DNA of 64,000 nt, taken from NCBI GenBank assembly GCA_963575745.1, contig CAUYUJ010000067.1:1-64000 (forward strand), given 5' to 3'. The notes under the pieces were generated by a model. The model saw only the letters and a list, made by a program, of their open reading frames with translations, ran no database searches and had not been told where the DNA came from. Made by a program: the position numbers and the translations under genes. This stretch comes from Prorocentrum cordatum. Taxonomy: Eukaryota. Position 1 is the first letter of the stretch, and every line of letters starts with the position of its first letter. Shown in pieces: positions 25,301 to 37,540 of this stretch.

Positions 25301-26689
25301 TTGCCGGGAGAAAGGGGGGGGTGTCGGCAGAGGGGGGGGGGATTTTTGGAGGGGAGAGGGTAAACTCCTGGGTTCCGGAGGAAGATGGGAGGGAATGTTT
25401 CATAGTAAAGCGGCGGCGGCGGCGGCGTTCTAGTAAAGCAGTAGTCTGGGGACGATGTTTTGACTATTTTTGCTATTTTTGAGTATTTGTTTGGCTACTT
25501 TCGAGCTTTCCTCCGCAATTCGCCTGTGCATGGGAGGACATGCCCGACCTACGTCAAGGGCCTTGAGCCCTCTCGGGGTTCTCTCGGGTGTCTCTTGGGC
25601 TTGCTCGGGATCCTCCTGGGAGGTCCCGTGGGCCGCCGTTTTGAAAACCTCCCTGGACCTCTTGGTGCCTGCTCTTGGCCTTTGTCGCACCCTCGAAGGC
25701 TCCGCTGGAGGCGTGGGGGGTCCTCTCTCGGCTCTCCCGTGGCCGTCGTTGGGCCTGCTTTGGATCCTGCTGGGAGCTCCTCCGAGGCACCGCTTGGGGC
25801 CTCCTTGGCACTCTCACGGGCCTCCTTGGGGCGCCTGGCGATTGCTGGCAAGCAAGCGCAGTGCAGAATGCGAGCCTTGCGTCGGCACGCCGGTTTTGAT
25901 CGGGGTGTTTGGGAGTCGTTGCTGAACGCGTGTTGCTGAATCTTGTGTGTCTGTGTGTGTGCGTGTGTATGTGTGTGTCGCCTCTCTAATGGCCGTCTTG
26001 GACCCATCCTGGGTCTCTCGGGATCCTCTGGCACCCTCTTAAAGGCCTCGCTGGAGCTTCTTGAACCCTTTTTAGACCTGCAGACGTCTCGACCTATTGA
26101 GGTGGCCAGAAGCGTTGAATTACATGTTTTCGCCTGGCCTAGCCGTCGAAAGAACGTTCGGTTGCTCCCTCAACAAATAGTTGAAACTGAACTGCACTTC
26201 ACGTATGACTCCTCAGTTCGCTTGTTTCTGCACCTCCCTCCAGGGGGGAGTCCAGACATTCAACGTGAACGTGCCCGAACAGAGAAAGGTAGCCTCAGAG
26301 AGAGGGCTTGCCAGAGATGGTGAACACATAATAATATCCATACATACCTATACGACCACCCTGCGGGTGATAAGGAGGTTTGGGGGGGAGGGGGGCCAGC
26401 AATTGGCAACAGTGGTGATTGTTACGTTGCCGCTCGCTCTTGGGAGCCTTGGTGTCGAGTTGTTTACGTCATCCTTCGCTCTTGGGCGCCTTGGTATCAT
26501 TCTCCCCCCCCGGGGAACCAACGAAGTAATAAGTTATGTTGTTCTTTTTGCAAGGGCTTGGGGGACCGTTTGGGCGCGTCTTTTGGACCTCTTGGGGGGT
26601 CTTGGAGGCCCCTTGGGCGGCTCTTTGGGGCCTCTTGGGTGCCTCTTGGGAGCCTTTCGGGGATGGCGCACGCTTGCTGCTTTTCCAGC

Positions 26690-26995
26690 CGATCGATATC
26701 ACTATTCATCTCACTATCGATCTCACTATCGATCTCACGATCGATCTCAGTATCGGTCTCACTATTGATCTCACTATTGATGTTATAATCGATTTCGTCA
26801 TCAGTCTCACTATCGTTTTCGCACCAGCGGGACACCGGGACACCGGCGGGACACCGCGCGCCACCGCTTGCCGGAGAGAGAATCATTTGGTCCGGCCAGG
26901 GCCCAGCCACAAGCGGGACACCGGCGGGACACCGGCGGGACACCGCGCGCCACCGCTTGCCAGAGGGAGAAGCATTTGGTCCGGCCGCGCCTCAG
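26690..26995 (+). repeat. CTCACTATCGAT 12-mer and GGGACACCGGC 11-mer minisatellites
   Basis: Directly visible; the ~60 bp block accgcgcgccaccgcttgcc...catttggtccggcc is duplicated. Confidence 0.8.
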
Positions 26996-27143
26996 CCGCA
27001 GGAGACTTTCCTTTCGCCCGCCCACGCAGCTTCACCTCGCCCGCACGCACGGCACGCGCGAACACGAAACCGAAACGGATTTCCCGGTGGGGGGCTCTCC
27101 GTTCCACTTCGATCCCACCCCACAACCCCCGATTCTACATAAT

Positions 27144-27243
27144 TAGAGATAAAGAGAGGGATACTGTAGAGAGAGAAGATGACATAACGAAAGAGAGAGA
27201 GAGAGAGAGAACGATATAGAAAGACAGAGAGAGAGAGAGAGAG
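27144..27243 (+). repeat. Imperfect (AG)n microsatellite
   Basis: Directly visible. Confidence 0.85.
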
Positions 27244-27819
27244 GTTGTGAACTCCAAGTGCTGTTTTTAGAGAGGTGTGTTGGCGGGTCTCTGCCAGGCT
27301 ATGATGTCGGATCAGTTTGCTACGGCGTGTTTAGGGGAATGTATCCGTTGCCGCTACATGTGTCAGCCGAGTACTCGCCCTCAGTTTGCGCGGGTTCTTT
27401 GGAGAATGTATTGGTTCGCGGTCAACACAGGAAAAGTAATCTTACGAACAGTTCACACGGCTTCCCATGTAGGTTCTACGTGGCCCCGACATTTCCCCAG
27501 GACGATCCTGAGCCGCCTCGAGCGATGGCTCCCCCGAGTTCTCACGGAGGCAGCGCGGTGCCCCGGCGTCCCGCTGTGTCTCAAGGAGAAGCTGCATAAA
27601 CATAAGTTTCGGAGGTCCGCGCGGATATCCAGGATCGGCGGAAGGCTCCCCTCCATTCCATGGTGCGCGGAGCGCACCAGGGCTGGCACTGGAGGCGTCG
27701 CCAAGGTTGGTCCCGCGCAGATCCAAGAAGTCCGCGCGGACCGTCCGAAGCTTATGTTTCTACAAAGTTGTTATATTCTTCCGGCGCCTGGGCTCTAGAC
27801 CTCGCAGATGGGTCGGAGT

Positions 27820-27990
27820 GGATGGGGTTGGAGGATCGCGCCGCATCGCCGATGCATCGGCGTTGCGGCTCGATGTGGAGCCCGATGTTCTCCACGCCGA
27901 CGGCGCCGACACGCTGCCGACGTCGCCGATGTAGCGCCAATGCATCGCCGATGCATCGGTGATGCGGCGCGATCTTCCGACCCCATCTTC
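27820..27990. mobile_element. Small MITE-like palindromic element (~170 bp)
   Basis: ~45 bp imperfect IR gatggggttggaggatcgcgccgcatcgccgatgcatcggcg / cgccgatgcatcggtgatgcggcgcgatcttccgaccccatc. TCGGAGT occurs at 27813-27819 and 27991-27997. Confidence 0.55.
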
Positions 27991-28546
27991 TCGGAGTACT
28001 TCTAGGATTAGGATGCTTCAACCTACTTTAGCCTGAACCACCATCATGAATTTCGAGCACCAAGAACATACCGAAACTGGAGGAGGGTTTTCGCGAGTCG
28101 GGCTCTGGGAGGCGATTGTCGGTCGACCCTGTTTCGATGTTGTACTGAGTGCTCGCAATTATTTCTGGGACTTGGCTCTTGAGTACGATGAGAACAACAT
28201 ACCTATCGGTCGTTGAACGTAGGTATTTTTGGATTCCCCGATACTTTAAGCGCCTTTCTACTACAATGATCGAGTGGCTTCACCTTTTTCCGTCCGCCTT
28301 AAGGGACGGACGGAACCCAATCTATTTTCAACGCCTTCCTACTTGATTTTTCAACCTACTTCTTCCGACCGATAGGTAAATCTAGGAGGCCTCTGTGGAT
28401 GGCGTCCAAGAGGGTTCCCCGAGCGTTCCCGAGGCTGTTTTCGCGGGCCGGCCGGTGGCCGTCCTGCGGCAGCATCGAGAGGCCGCGAGGGGGTTCGGTG
28501 TAATGGCAGTTTCGGGGGGTTTCGGGTACCGGAGACAGGTCCTTCT

Positions 28547-28631
28547 CCTTCCTCCTCCTTCCTCCGCTCTCCTTCCTCTTCCTGCTCCTCCTCCTCCACC
28601 TCCTTCTCCTCCTCCTCTCCCTCCTCCTCCT
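28547..28631 (+). repeat. (CCT)n-rich tract
   Basis: Directly visible. Confidence 0.85.
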
Positions 28632-28757
28632 AGTCGGCGTTGGAGGCTCAGGCACTTTGACATCCCACGGAGGGAGGACATGCTGAAGCTTTCTCTCACG
28701 ACGACCGCCCAGCAATCGCATGGGCCACAGAGGGAGCAGGGGGTGCATGGCTGATGG

Positions 28758-31070
28758 ATGGCGGCTGCAGTGCTTTCGATCTGTGCATTGGTGAAGCTGG
28801 TATTATACAATTCGCTGGCGGCGAATGCCACGGATAGGCTGGAAGAAATCTGCAGTGCATTGCGAGAGTGGGACGTGATTGTGCTGACAGGCGCACGCCA
28901 GTGGGCTGGTCCAGAGCCGATGACGAAGACGAATCACGAATATCATACGGCACTGCAGTTCGGGGCAAAGAAGGGAAAATTCATCAACAAGTCATGTAGT
29001 ACGACGCTCCAGGTATCTGGCGATATGATGAGCGACAAGGCTTTCCACACTCAGTACTCACCTCCTGCCCAAACGCAAGGCAGAATGGCGGGGGTCAGAC
29101 TGCGGACGAGAGCATGCGACGTCACATTCTTCTCAACGTATTTACCGCCAGATAGAGGGCGCACAAACATTTGATATATTTTGAAAAAATCGGACGCGGG
29201 TAGAGGAGAAGCGTGACGACACGGGTGGCAGATCTACTATCCTTGTGGGAGGGGGCACTAACAGCCTGTTGGAATGTACAAGTCACACAGCAGGGATCTT
29301 GTGGTCAGCAGGCGCAGCTCGGGCAAACCTGCAGAAGCATTGGGGCCAGTGGCCAAGGAGGTGGATAACTACAATGGTATGGCATTCAGGGACTTCTGTG
29401 CACACGGCTCATTTTCAGTGGTCACGACTTTGGTCGATTGTGGGCCTACTTACTACTGCGTGAAAGACGAGAAGATGAGGGCGAGCAAGTTAGATCACAT
29501 AGCGATGCCGTCGGGGGCATTGCCCCATGTTCGAAGGTGTGCTGCGTTGAGAGTAGTGGCGCAAACATGGCAGACTACAAACGCGAGAGGACAGAAATCA
29601 CATCCCTTAGGGCATGGAAATTGGGCTGGAGCATCAGTCATTTCTCGAGAAAGCACTGACAGCAAAGAGCGGGCAAGAAAGTGGGTCGCAACATGCTGAT
29701 GGAGTGTCTGAGAATAGGTCGCCTGCGAGCGGAGGTCCTGAGCGCGCCCGACCGCCGCCTGCAGGCCGCCCTGCCCCAGCAGCCAAGAGGGTGCACTAGC
29801 GAGATTTTCTCGGAGTGCGACCCAGGCCGATCATTCAGTTCTCCGCGGAGATGCATCAGCCGGGTTTCTCCTCGGAGCACAGCCCAGGGGGAACTTGCCG
29901 AGCTCCCGGGAGCTTCATTTGCGAGGTTTTCTCGGAGTGCCACATCAGGAGAGATGACGGCAGGGGAAGAATGGACTTAATGGCAGGAGCGCCCTACGGC
30001 AGACCATATACGAAAGCAATGGAGTGGCGCGGGCAGGGGCGCCATGACATAATTTTCCCTTTTCCAGGAAGGGCAGGCGGACAGGGGGGCGCCCGCCTTC
30101 CAGCTACTTCGTCTCTCTCTACTAGCAGAAAAGGACGAAGCTAAGAGCGGGCGCGTCTGATTCCGACGCGCAGGAGGAATTGGGGAAGATCAAGAAGGAT
30201 TTGGCGAAAATGCACAAGTGCCACGCAGACGCGGGTCAGATTTGGAAAAGGAACGAGAAGCTGGCAGAAAAGATATGGAGAGCATGCGAGAACAACGACC
30301 GCAGCGAAATGCACGGGCTCAGGGTGGAACGCCAGAGGGATGGGAGATGACCGCAAAAGAGGTGCATCTTCTCAGCGAGGACATGGTGGAGCACGCCGGA
30401 ATTTTTCAGAGAATTGGGCAAGCGCCCGCGCGATGGGGCTGGCAGCTGAATCGATGGACCCGGTAGAGTGCGAGCAGGGGCGCGGCGAGAGGATGGCAGA
30501 GAAACTGCCGCCCCTATTGGACATGGATTTGAAAGCCCAAGTGGGGAGGGATAAAAGAGACATGCTAAAGTACTGCAGGAAAGCGGCAAAGAGGGGGGCT
30601 TCCCGCCGTTGGGGGCGCCGGCGGAATTCACATGGATGACGCCAGAACCCGCAGTCAGCTCGGAAGACCCTCAGCCGCTGAGCAAAATGCTGGAAGTGCA
30701 GAAAGTACGGGGGGCGAAGAAACGAGAGGACGAGGCGGGCTCGGACAAGCGCAGTTCATTATGCAAATACAGAGTGGAAAGGTGTAGATTACAATGAATG
30801 GGTCGGACATTAGGCAGAGCGCTGGGTGGGACAGACGGAGACGAGGATGGCGAAGCACTGCGAACAAAAAACAAGAGAGCGCGTCGCTTGGGGAGATGGG
30901 GAAGCGGGGCTGGGATCGTCGGCGCTGGAGAAAGACGCAAGTATAGAGTGCAGGGACAAGCTGGGGGACATCCCCATCAAGCGTCGCCGATCTCGAGCTG
31001 CTCCATTGGAGTCGCGCGCGCACATTGCCCAATGGGAACGGCCTTCTGCAGAGGCGCCCACTACGGAGGG
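28758..31070 (+). pseudogene. Old degenerate LINE, 5' part: APE endonuclease plus N-terminal half of RT
   Basis: APE-like motifs across broken frames: VLYNSL, DVIVLTG, FFSTYLPP, ILVGGGTN, NYNG..FRDFC, GPTYY, SKLDHI. Ends ...AHCPMGTAFCRGAHYGG at the insertion site. Confidence 0.7.
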
Positions 31071-31116
31071 AAAACACCGAGGCACCCGTGTCGGGCGCAG
31101 GGGGGCTTCGAAATAG

Positions 31117-31119
<3 letters not shown>

Positions 31120-31200
<81 letters not shown>

Positions 31201-31213
31201 GAGAGAGAGAGAG
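31120..31213 (+). repeat. (AG)n tract at the 3' flank of the giant LINE
   Basis: Directly visible. Confidence 0.95.
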
Positions 31214-31581
31214 ATCGGACAAGTAGGCGGACCAGGGTCCGTCCGCGAGGCGCACTGCGGTGCGACAACTCGCATGCACTATTTGCGGCGGTGCAGCCTT
31301 TAGATACGAGGGCGGGCAACAAAAACCCCCTCCCCCGGCGCAGTGCGACAGACGCTACAGACGGCGGACAGACGATGATGATCTCACCTGTCAGACCGCG
31401 TGAGGAAAAAGGCCCCAACAAGAAAGGCGACGTGCTGGCACGTGGCTAGGCGGCTTGGCGGACCGCCTGTTGGGCGCTTGGCCGCTAAGCGGCGCGCAGT
31501 GACGGGGCACCCCCCGCCCCCACGCCCTGACACCGTGGACGCGGAGCCACACGTACACACGGGCAGGCAGAAAGGAGGAGA

Positions 31582-34500
31582 TTAGCGCGGGGCACCGGGT
31601 GGAGCGCCGCGGAACGATGACAACATAGCTTGGATGTTGAGTGACGGCACGGCACCATCGGGCGAGGCCGTGAGCAGCTCGGCGAAGGCTCGCCCAGCAC
31701 TGTGGAGGCGCTGGAGTAGAGGGCCTTGACGAGCTTGGGCGGCGGCGAGGTCCGCGGCGAGAGCTAAGCACCTCTGCTGGAGGGCAGCCATAGCCTGTGA
31801 CAGCTCGGTTTCGCGGTCGGTGAGGGGTGGCTGCTCAGTGCCAGCAGCCGAGGGCCTCGAGACAGAGGCGAGGTCCTCGGTACGCCTGTCCAAATGGTGG
31901 ACTAGCGTAGTGCGGGACCCTGTACGCTGACGTCCGTCCCCCTTGAAGGGTGACTGGAGGGGCTGGCGCGACCCCAGGGCTGGAGCCGCTAGGGCCGCGC
32001 CCCGAGAGGTCAGGGGAGCCGCTTCCTCTCGCTCAGCAACGAAGGAAGCGTGGATGGGGCACGAGGGCCTGTCTGGTTTAGTACCCTGCGGGGGGGCTGA
32101 AGCCGCCCCCGCGGGCTGCCGGCGGTGGGGAGGCGGAGTGGTTTGCGCGGTGGGACCAGTCGTGATGCCGTGCAAGGCCGCTGAGGTCGGTCGCGTAGAA
32201 GGTTGGCGTCTCGGTGGGGCGGCATGGTCGGCAGCGTGTGGTATCGGCGGTGCGTCCTCAATGCCACTCGTTCCTCGGGGGTCGCCCAGGTCATGGTCGG
32301 CGTCTTGGCGGTGGCCGATATCATCGTATGTGGGCGTTATCGCTCTTGGGGACGGAGTCGCAGTAGGGGTCGAGAGGTTTCCCGACGGGGCGGGATTTTC
32401 GCTGGCTGGTCCGTCGTCCAAAGCGTCCGATCCCCCACCGAAGCTGAACAGGTCATCGTCCTGCTCATCAGCGTCTTGAAAAGGAACGGCGTTGTCGTGT
32501 GGGTGCGCTGCCGCACTCAGTGGCGGAGTCGGGGGCGCCGTGCGGGTACCCGACGGGGCAGGGTTGGCGCTGGCTGGCCCGTCGCCTAGGAAGTCCAGGC
32601 CTCCACCAAAGCCGAACGGGTCGTCCTCCTGTTCGTCGAATAACACCCGTTGGGCCTCGGCCCAGAGCTCGTCGGGGTCTTGTGGGATGTCTGGTCCAGC
32701 CGCGGGTGGTGCCTGGTCAGACAGCAGGGGGTTTGGTTCCATTTTGTTTAGTTCCGCAGCTGTAAACCCAGCCCTGCGGTGTGGGAGGGGGAGTGTACGA
32801 TGTCTACGCTCGTAGATGGCGACAGCGACTCCGTGAAGCACGGTCGCTTGGCGATGTCGTGATTTGGCAGCTTCGACGATGTCGTCTGGAAGGTTATGAG
32901 TACGTGCCGCCGCTGTGGCGAGGGCGTCAGCCTGACGATTGAACTCCTCCGCGATGGGCCCGATGAGCCCGAGGTCGATGCCCATGTCGCCCTGGTGGCT
33001 AGCGACTTTCTCGACGCGGAACATGTTTGGCTTGGCCATGACGCATCGGTGGACCTTTTCCCAGAGCTCCACGTGCGTGCCCTGCGGTGGTGAGTGTCCG
33101 TCGATGATCCTTTGGAAACCGTCAACCACCGCCTGGTTGTCCACGAAGACGTGTACAGGCCGTTCGGCACATGCCGTGAGGTGGACAATGGCGAGGGTCT
33201 CCGCAAGCTGTGCGTTCTGCGTGATGCCGTGAACGCGCGCACTGTAGTTCATGCGGTGGTCGATGCCGTAGTAGACGCCGTAGCCCGCTCTTGCAAGCAA
33301 TGGGATGGCTTGGTTGGTGCATGCACCGTCCGTGGCAGCGTAGACCCATGTCCAACCAGTGTCATGGTCAAGGTAGGTGGTGTAGGAGTCCTGGGCTGAA
33401 GCCGCAGGATCTCCCTCAGGTGGGGGCCGCGGTATGGGCTGAGGTAGCGGGTCCCTCGCGAGGTCGGCCTGCAGGTCGAGGAGGGCTGGGTCTTCATCGA
33501 AGAGCCCGCAGTGTCTTGTGTGCGGTGGAAGACGGGCCCACTGCTCGTCACTGATGAGGGTGGTAAGAGGGACTCTTTCTCGGGCCCAGCACTTGCAGTC
33601 GCGAACAGTGTGCTCCTGAGTTTCCTCTTCCTCGTCGCAGTAACGGCAGATGGGGCTGGGGTCAGCGGACGTGTTTGATCGAGATCGTCGCTGTTGGGTG
33701 TGGTCCCCGCCCGACAGGTAGTTGAGGAGGAGCGCCAGCTGCCATGCGTTGCATTTGGCTGCTCCTTTCGTGCGGGCGAGCCACGTGCTGGCGAAAAGGT
33801 CGAGGCCCTGTCTGACCGAAGCCAGGTGTCCAAGGTCATGACGCCGCGGCTTGATTTTTCTCAGAAAGGCTCTGCGTTGTGAGGCGCGCAGCATGTGAAG
33901 GAAGGCGTTTTGGGGAAGGTTCAGCCAACTGATCTGACAGCCCCAGTCGTCGTACATGATGCCAAATGTGGGCCAGGTCCAACGGAGCTGCTGAAGCGTC
34001 TGGACAAGTCGTCCAACAGGTCCTCCCCCGAAAAGGGTCTGGACATGGTGTTGGAGATCCCTGACGAGACCGCAAAGAGTGGCGTCGCGGTTGACCTGTC
34101 GCCGCAGACACAGGAAGACTTCACGCTGCATAATGGCGTCAATCTCCAGGGCGTGTCCTGGGACGCACACGGCCATGAGAGTCCAAAACTCGACCCACCT
34201 GTTTCCCTTGGGGCGGATAGCCGCCTTAAGGGCATGGTTGTAGGCAGTTTTGACGGGGCCTGATGGGGCTTGAATGTCAGTGCCCGTGGTACAGACGCTG
34301 GCAGCAAGGGAGCGGGCGTGCCGCGCCTTAATACGCATCGGTGATGGGAGCTTGCCAATGCGCGGCAGGCGACTAGTCGCCCTGCGAACACGAGCGTCGG
34401 CGGTGGCCGTGAGGTTAAGCGCGGCTGGAGCCGGCGCTGCCTCGGCGTTGATGTAACTTCCGACGAGCTTAAAGGAGTCGACCACGCGTAAGGGCCGTTC

Positions 34501-37412
34501 CGCCAAAGTGAGCTGGGTAACGGCGGTGTGAAGCTCGTCAGTGAGCGCCCACCCCGCCACTTTTCCAGGATGAATGCGTTGACCCGAAAATCGATCAAAC
34601 TTGGCGGTTTCATCAAGAGATTTCTGCAACTCGGGCGCGGTGTGGGTAGTGGAGTTGCTGTCGTCAACAAAGGTAGTGCTGAGTGATCGCGGAACGTATC
34701 GATGCTGTCTCTTGGTCCATACACACATGAGCAGCTTAATGTCGTCCAGGGACCAAGAGCTTCCCTGGAGGTGACCGTTTGTCCTGGCCAGTTCCTTAGA
34801 GTACGCACCGTTCATGCGGATGTAGCGTTTGTGGCGACTGTAGAAGTTTCTGCGGACAGTAACGATGTCTTGGGGACACCCCGCGTGAAGCGCAAGGTTA
34901 AGGCATATGTCCGTGATGAGATAGTCGAAACACTTCTGTCGGTCCAGGGCAGCTCCAGCTAAGGGAAGGAGTAAGGCCCTGGCGTGTTCGATGCGCAGGG
35001 CAAGAGAAGTGCTGACGTCCCCAATGGTAGCTTTGGGAACGGCGCCAAAACTCGTGGCGTGGGTCCATCCTTTCCGCCAGTCCGTGAGGCTGCGGTAAGC
35101 TGGCGCTTCCCACGCATACATCCAAACGGAAAGCACCGAGAGAAGTCGTTGGTCCGTTGGGAGTTCGCCTCGGCCTTTTCGGAGGCACGGGTTTGGCACG
35201 TGGAGGAGGGGTTCTGGGATGGTGCCAGTGCGTTGCATAGCTCGTAGGACGCTGGCGAAGAGGCGAAGAATGTCGTCGGGTAGCTCCTTTGCCTCCTTAG
35301 TAGTCCAGCCGTCCAGTCCCCCCGCGCGGCGCGGTGAACGGGTGCGAATGAAGTGGATGAGTTGGTCGTCGGTGAGGTGGAAAGGGGTAGCTGGTGATGG
35401 CGTAGGCAGCTCCTGTCGGTACTCGTCGTAGAAGTCGGCCCACGTCGGCATGGCTTCGGCGTCATGTCCCGCACGTGCACGGTACCTGCCCAAGATGGGC
35501 TCCCAGGTGTCGACCATGAGCTTCAGCATGTCCTTGGTGTTAGCAACAATGGCGTTGGCAGGAAGGATGTCGGGGACTTGCGCAGGTGGTGGTTCACGAG
35601 TGTGGTCTTCGTCGCTGTCCGTGTCGGGCGAACTACCGTCGCTGGGGCTGAAGCCGCCAGCTTCGGTGTCAGCGTCGCTGTCGTCCGTGCAAGCTTCGTC
35701 AGGTTTAAAGGCGTTGGTGTCGCAGTGGAGTTGCGTATCGTCAGGAGTGGTAGGCGTGCGGAGATACGCCGTGGGCGAGCTGTCAGCAGCCCGTGCGTAT
35801 ATGGCCGCCTTTCGCCCGCTTGGCTCACGGACGCCCTCAGCCCATATCCTGATGCGTTCAGCTTTGGCACGGTTCGCGCGTCGCGCCAGCTCCAAGTCGA
35901 GGTGTTGGATCAAAACGTCAAGGTGCTCTCCGTGCGGCACTGGCTCGTCGGGGGACCAGGCCTCGGGGAAGTCTAGGAGAACCGTGGGGCGCAGCTTGTG
36001 GCATAAGAGGCGGGCCGCGGCCCACGTGCAGTCGATGCGCTGCGCGAGGTACGGCGGGATGGCACGGCAATCCAAATGATGGTGCTGTCCGATGAAACGG
36101 AGCTCGCAGAGTTGCCGATGGAGCTTGCGCAGTCGGTTCATGTGTATCGTGGAAGCTCCGTAGGTGGGGAAGGCGCGGGGGACAACTGGTCGATCTTCGA
36201 ACGTGGGCGTGAGCCCGTGCATGGTGGGGGGCTTCTTTTTTGGGTGGTCGGACGGTGGAGGTGGCAGGTCGCGCAGACGGGTGAGATGGTACTCATGACT
36301 GGCCTCGTTAGCCAGGGCGAACATGCGCTCCACGTCGTCTCGTGTGTCGGCCTGCTCCATGCGGTCCTGATATCGCTCAGCGATGAGGGTCCCTAGTGCC
36401 TGCAGCTCGTGACCCTCATGAGCTCCATCGTCGGGCGGATAGGGCGTGGGGGCAAGAAGACGTCGGGCCGTATGGTCGAGGCGACTGAGGTCAAGCGTGA
36501 CCTGCAGGCCAACGTGAGACTTCGCAGGCAAGTCGCGAAGGTAACAGAAGTCGGTGACAAGGGATCGCGCCGCTTGGTTGGCAATGATATAGTCGATGCG
36601 CGAAGTGCGGGGGCACTTGGTGACGCGGTCCCAGTCAGGGATATTGCCGTAAGTGTGCATGGTGTGGTCTGGTGTGCCCTCAGCAACGTTGAACCATCCG
36701 TGCTGCAACATGTGCAGAAGGTGTGGATTGTCGTCAATGTTCGTATTGGCGTCCATGCAGATGAAGTAAGGGGCTGAGCCGACCCTAGCGGCGGCGCAGT
36801 CAGCGAGCCGAAAAAGAGCTGTGCTGTCTCCTCCAGCAATCCCGTAGAGGCTCGCTATGTAGATCCCCGCGGGCCCGTGGTTGTTTCGTCGCCGCCTGCG
36901 GCGGTGTTGAGTGCAGAGCGGGAGAAAGACCTCGTGCCATCTTTTCTTGGCCTTGAGGGCGGCGATACAGGGCGCATTGTCGTCGACAGTGGAGTCGACA
37001 ATGGCATCCTTAGAGAGGATGGCGACCCCTCCCGAGGCGCCAGTGCTGCCCACAACGGTGTGGTCTGTGCCGCCGTGGGCAGCTCTGCGCTGGGCTCGCG
37101 CCAGATCAGGTCAGGTCCAAGACTGGCGTGGTATCCTCCGTGGAGTGGATTGGCGGCGCTGGTAGCGATGGCTTGCCTAGTCGGCTTGGCATGTCGGGTC
37201 TCCTGCAGTGCTATGACTGCGGCGTTGTGGTCGACACCAAGGGCGGTGATGGTTGGCCAATTCGCTGAGAGACTGGTGATGTTAAGGCTGACGAGGTGTA
37301 TGGAGCGACCTGGCCCGTCTCCATCGGTGGAACTGGGGTTTGCACGCCCCGCACGGTGAAGGTCAGCTTGACCCTCGCCCAGGTAGGAGGCTTGGCCACA
37401 GTAGGAGCTCAT
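31582..37412 (-). CDS. LINE-A pol: APE endonuclease - reverse transcriptase - CCHC zinc knuckle - RNase H (one frameshift at ~37106-37115)
   Basis: APE: SLNITSL, IALQETRH, GGVAIL, SLYG, ICMDAN, SRIDYIIAN, SH. RT: AGGLDGW, DQRLLSVL, LDRQKCFD, NGHLQGSSWS, FVDD, HPGK. CCHC: CRYCDEEEETQEHTVRDC. RNase H: ATDGAC, AGYGVY, NAQLAE, FVDN, KVASH, NRQADALA. 1823 aa are uninterrupted from 37053. The start at ATG 37412 is tentative because the frame is open further upstream. Confidence 0.92.
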
Positions 37413-37540
37413 GGCGTTCCTATGGATTAGCTTGACCGGGGCTGAAGCCGCCGTCAGGCCAGAAATATAGGCGGGACACGGTCGGCACTGCGCCAGGGGG
37501 GGTTCATAAATGTCAGTATAAATGTTACGAAAATTCCTCC

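Noticed and set aside
1..26800. Many predicted ORFs (GPLGALLG-, RARARL-, poly-T/V/S-type)
   Set aside because: They are translations of satellites and microsatellites in GC-rich DNA, overlap in all frames and show no domain motifs.
36770..36788. Sixteenth LINE-A hairpin (also a candidate at ~43360-43380)
   Set aside because: It has a 3-nt loop or a multi-base bulge, so it does not fit the strict pattern and was not counted.
37310..37400. 2A-like (DxExNPGP) peptide before the APE domain
   Set aside because: The sequence LGEGQADLHRAGRANPS lacks the NPGP consensus.
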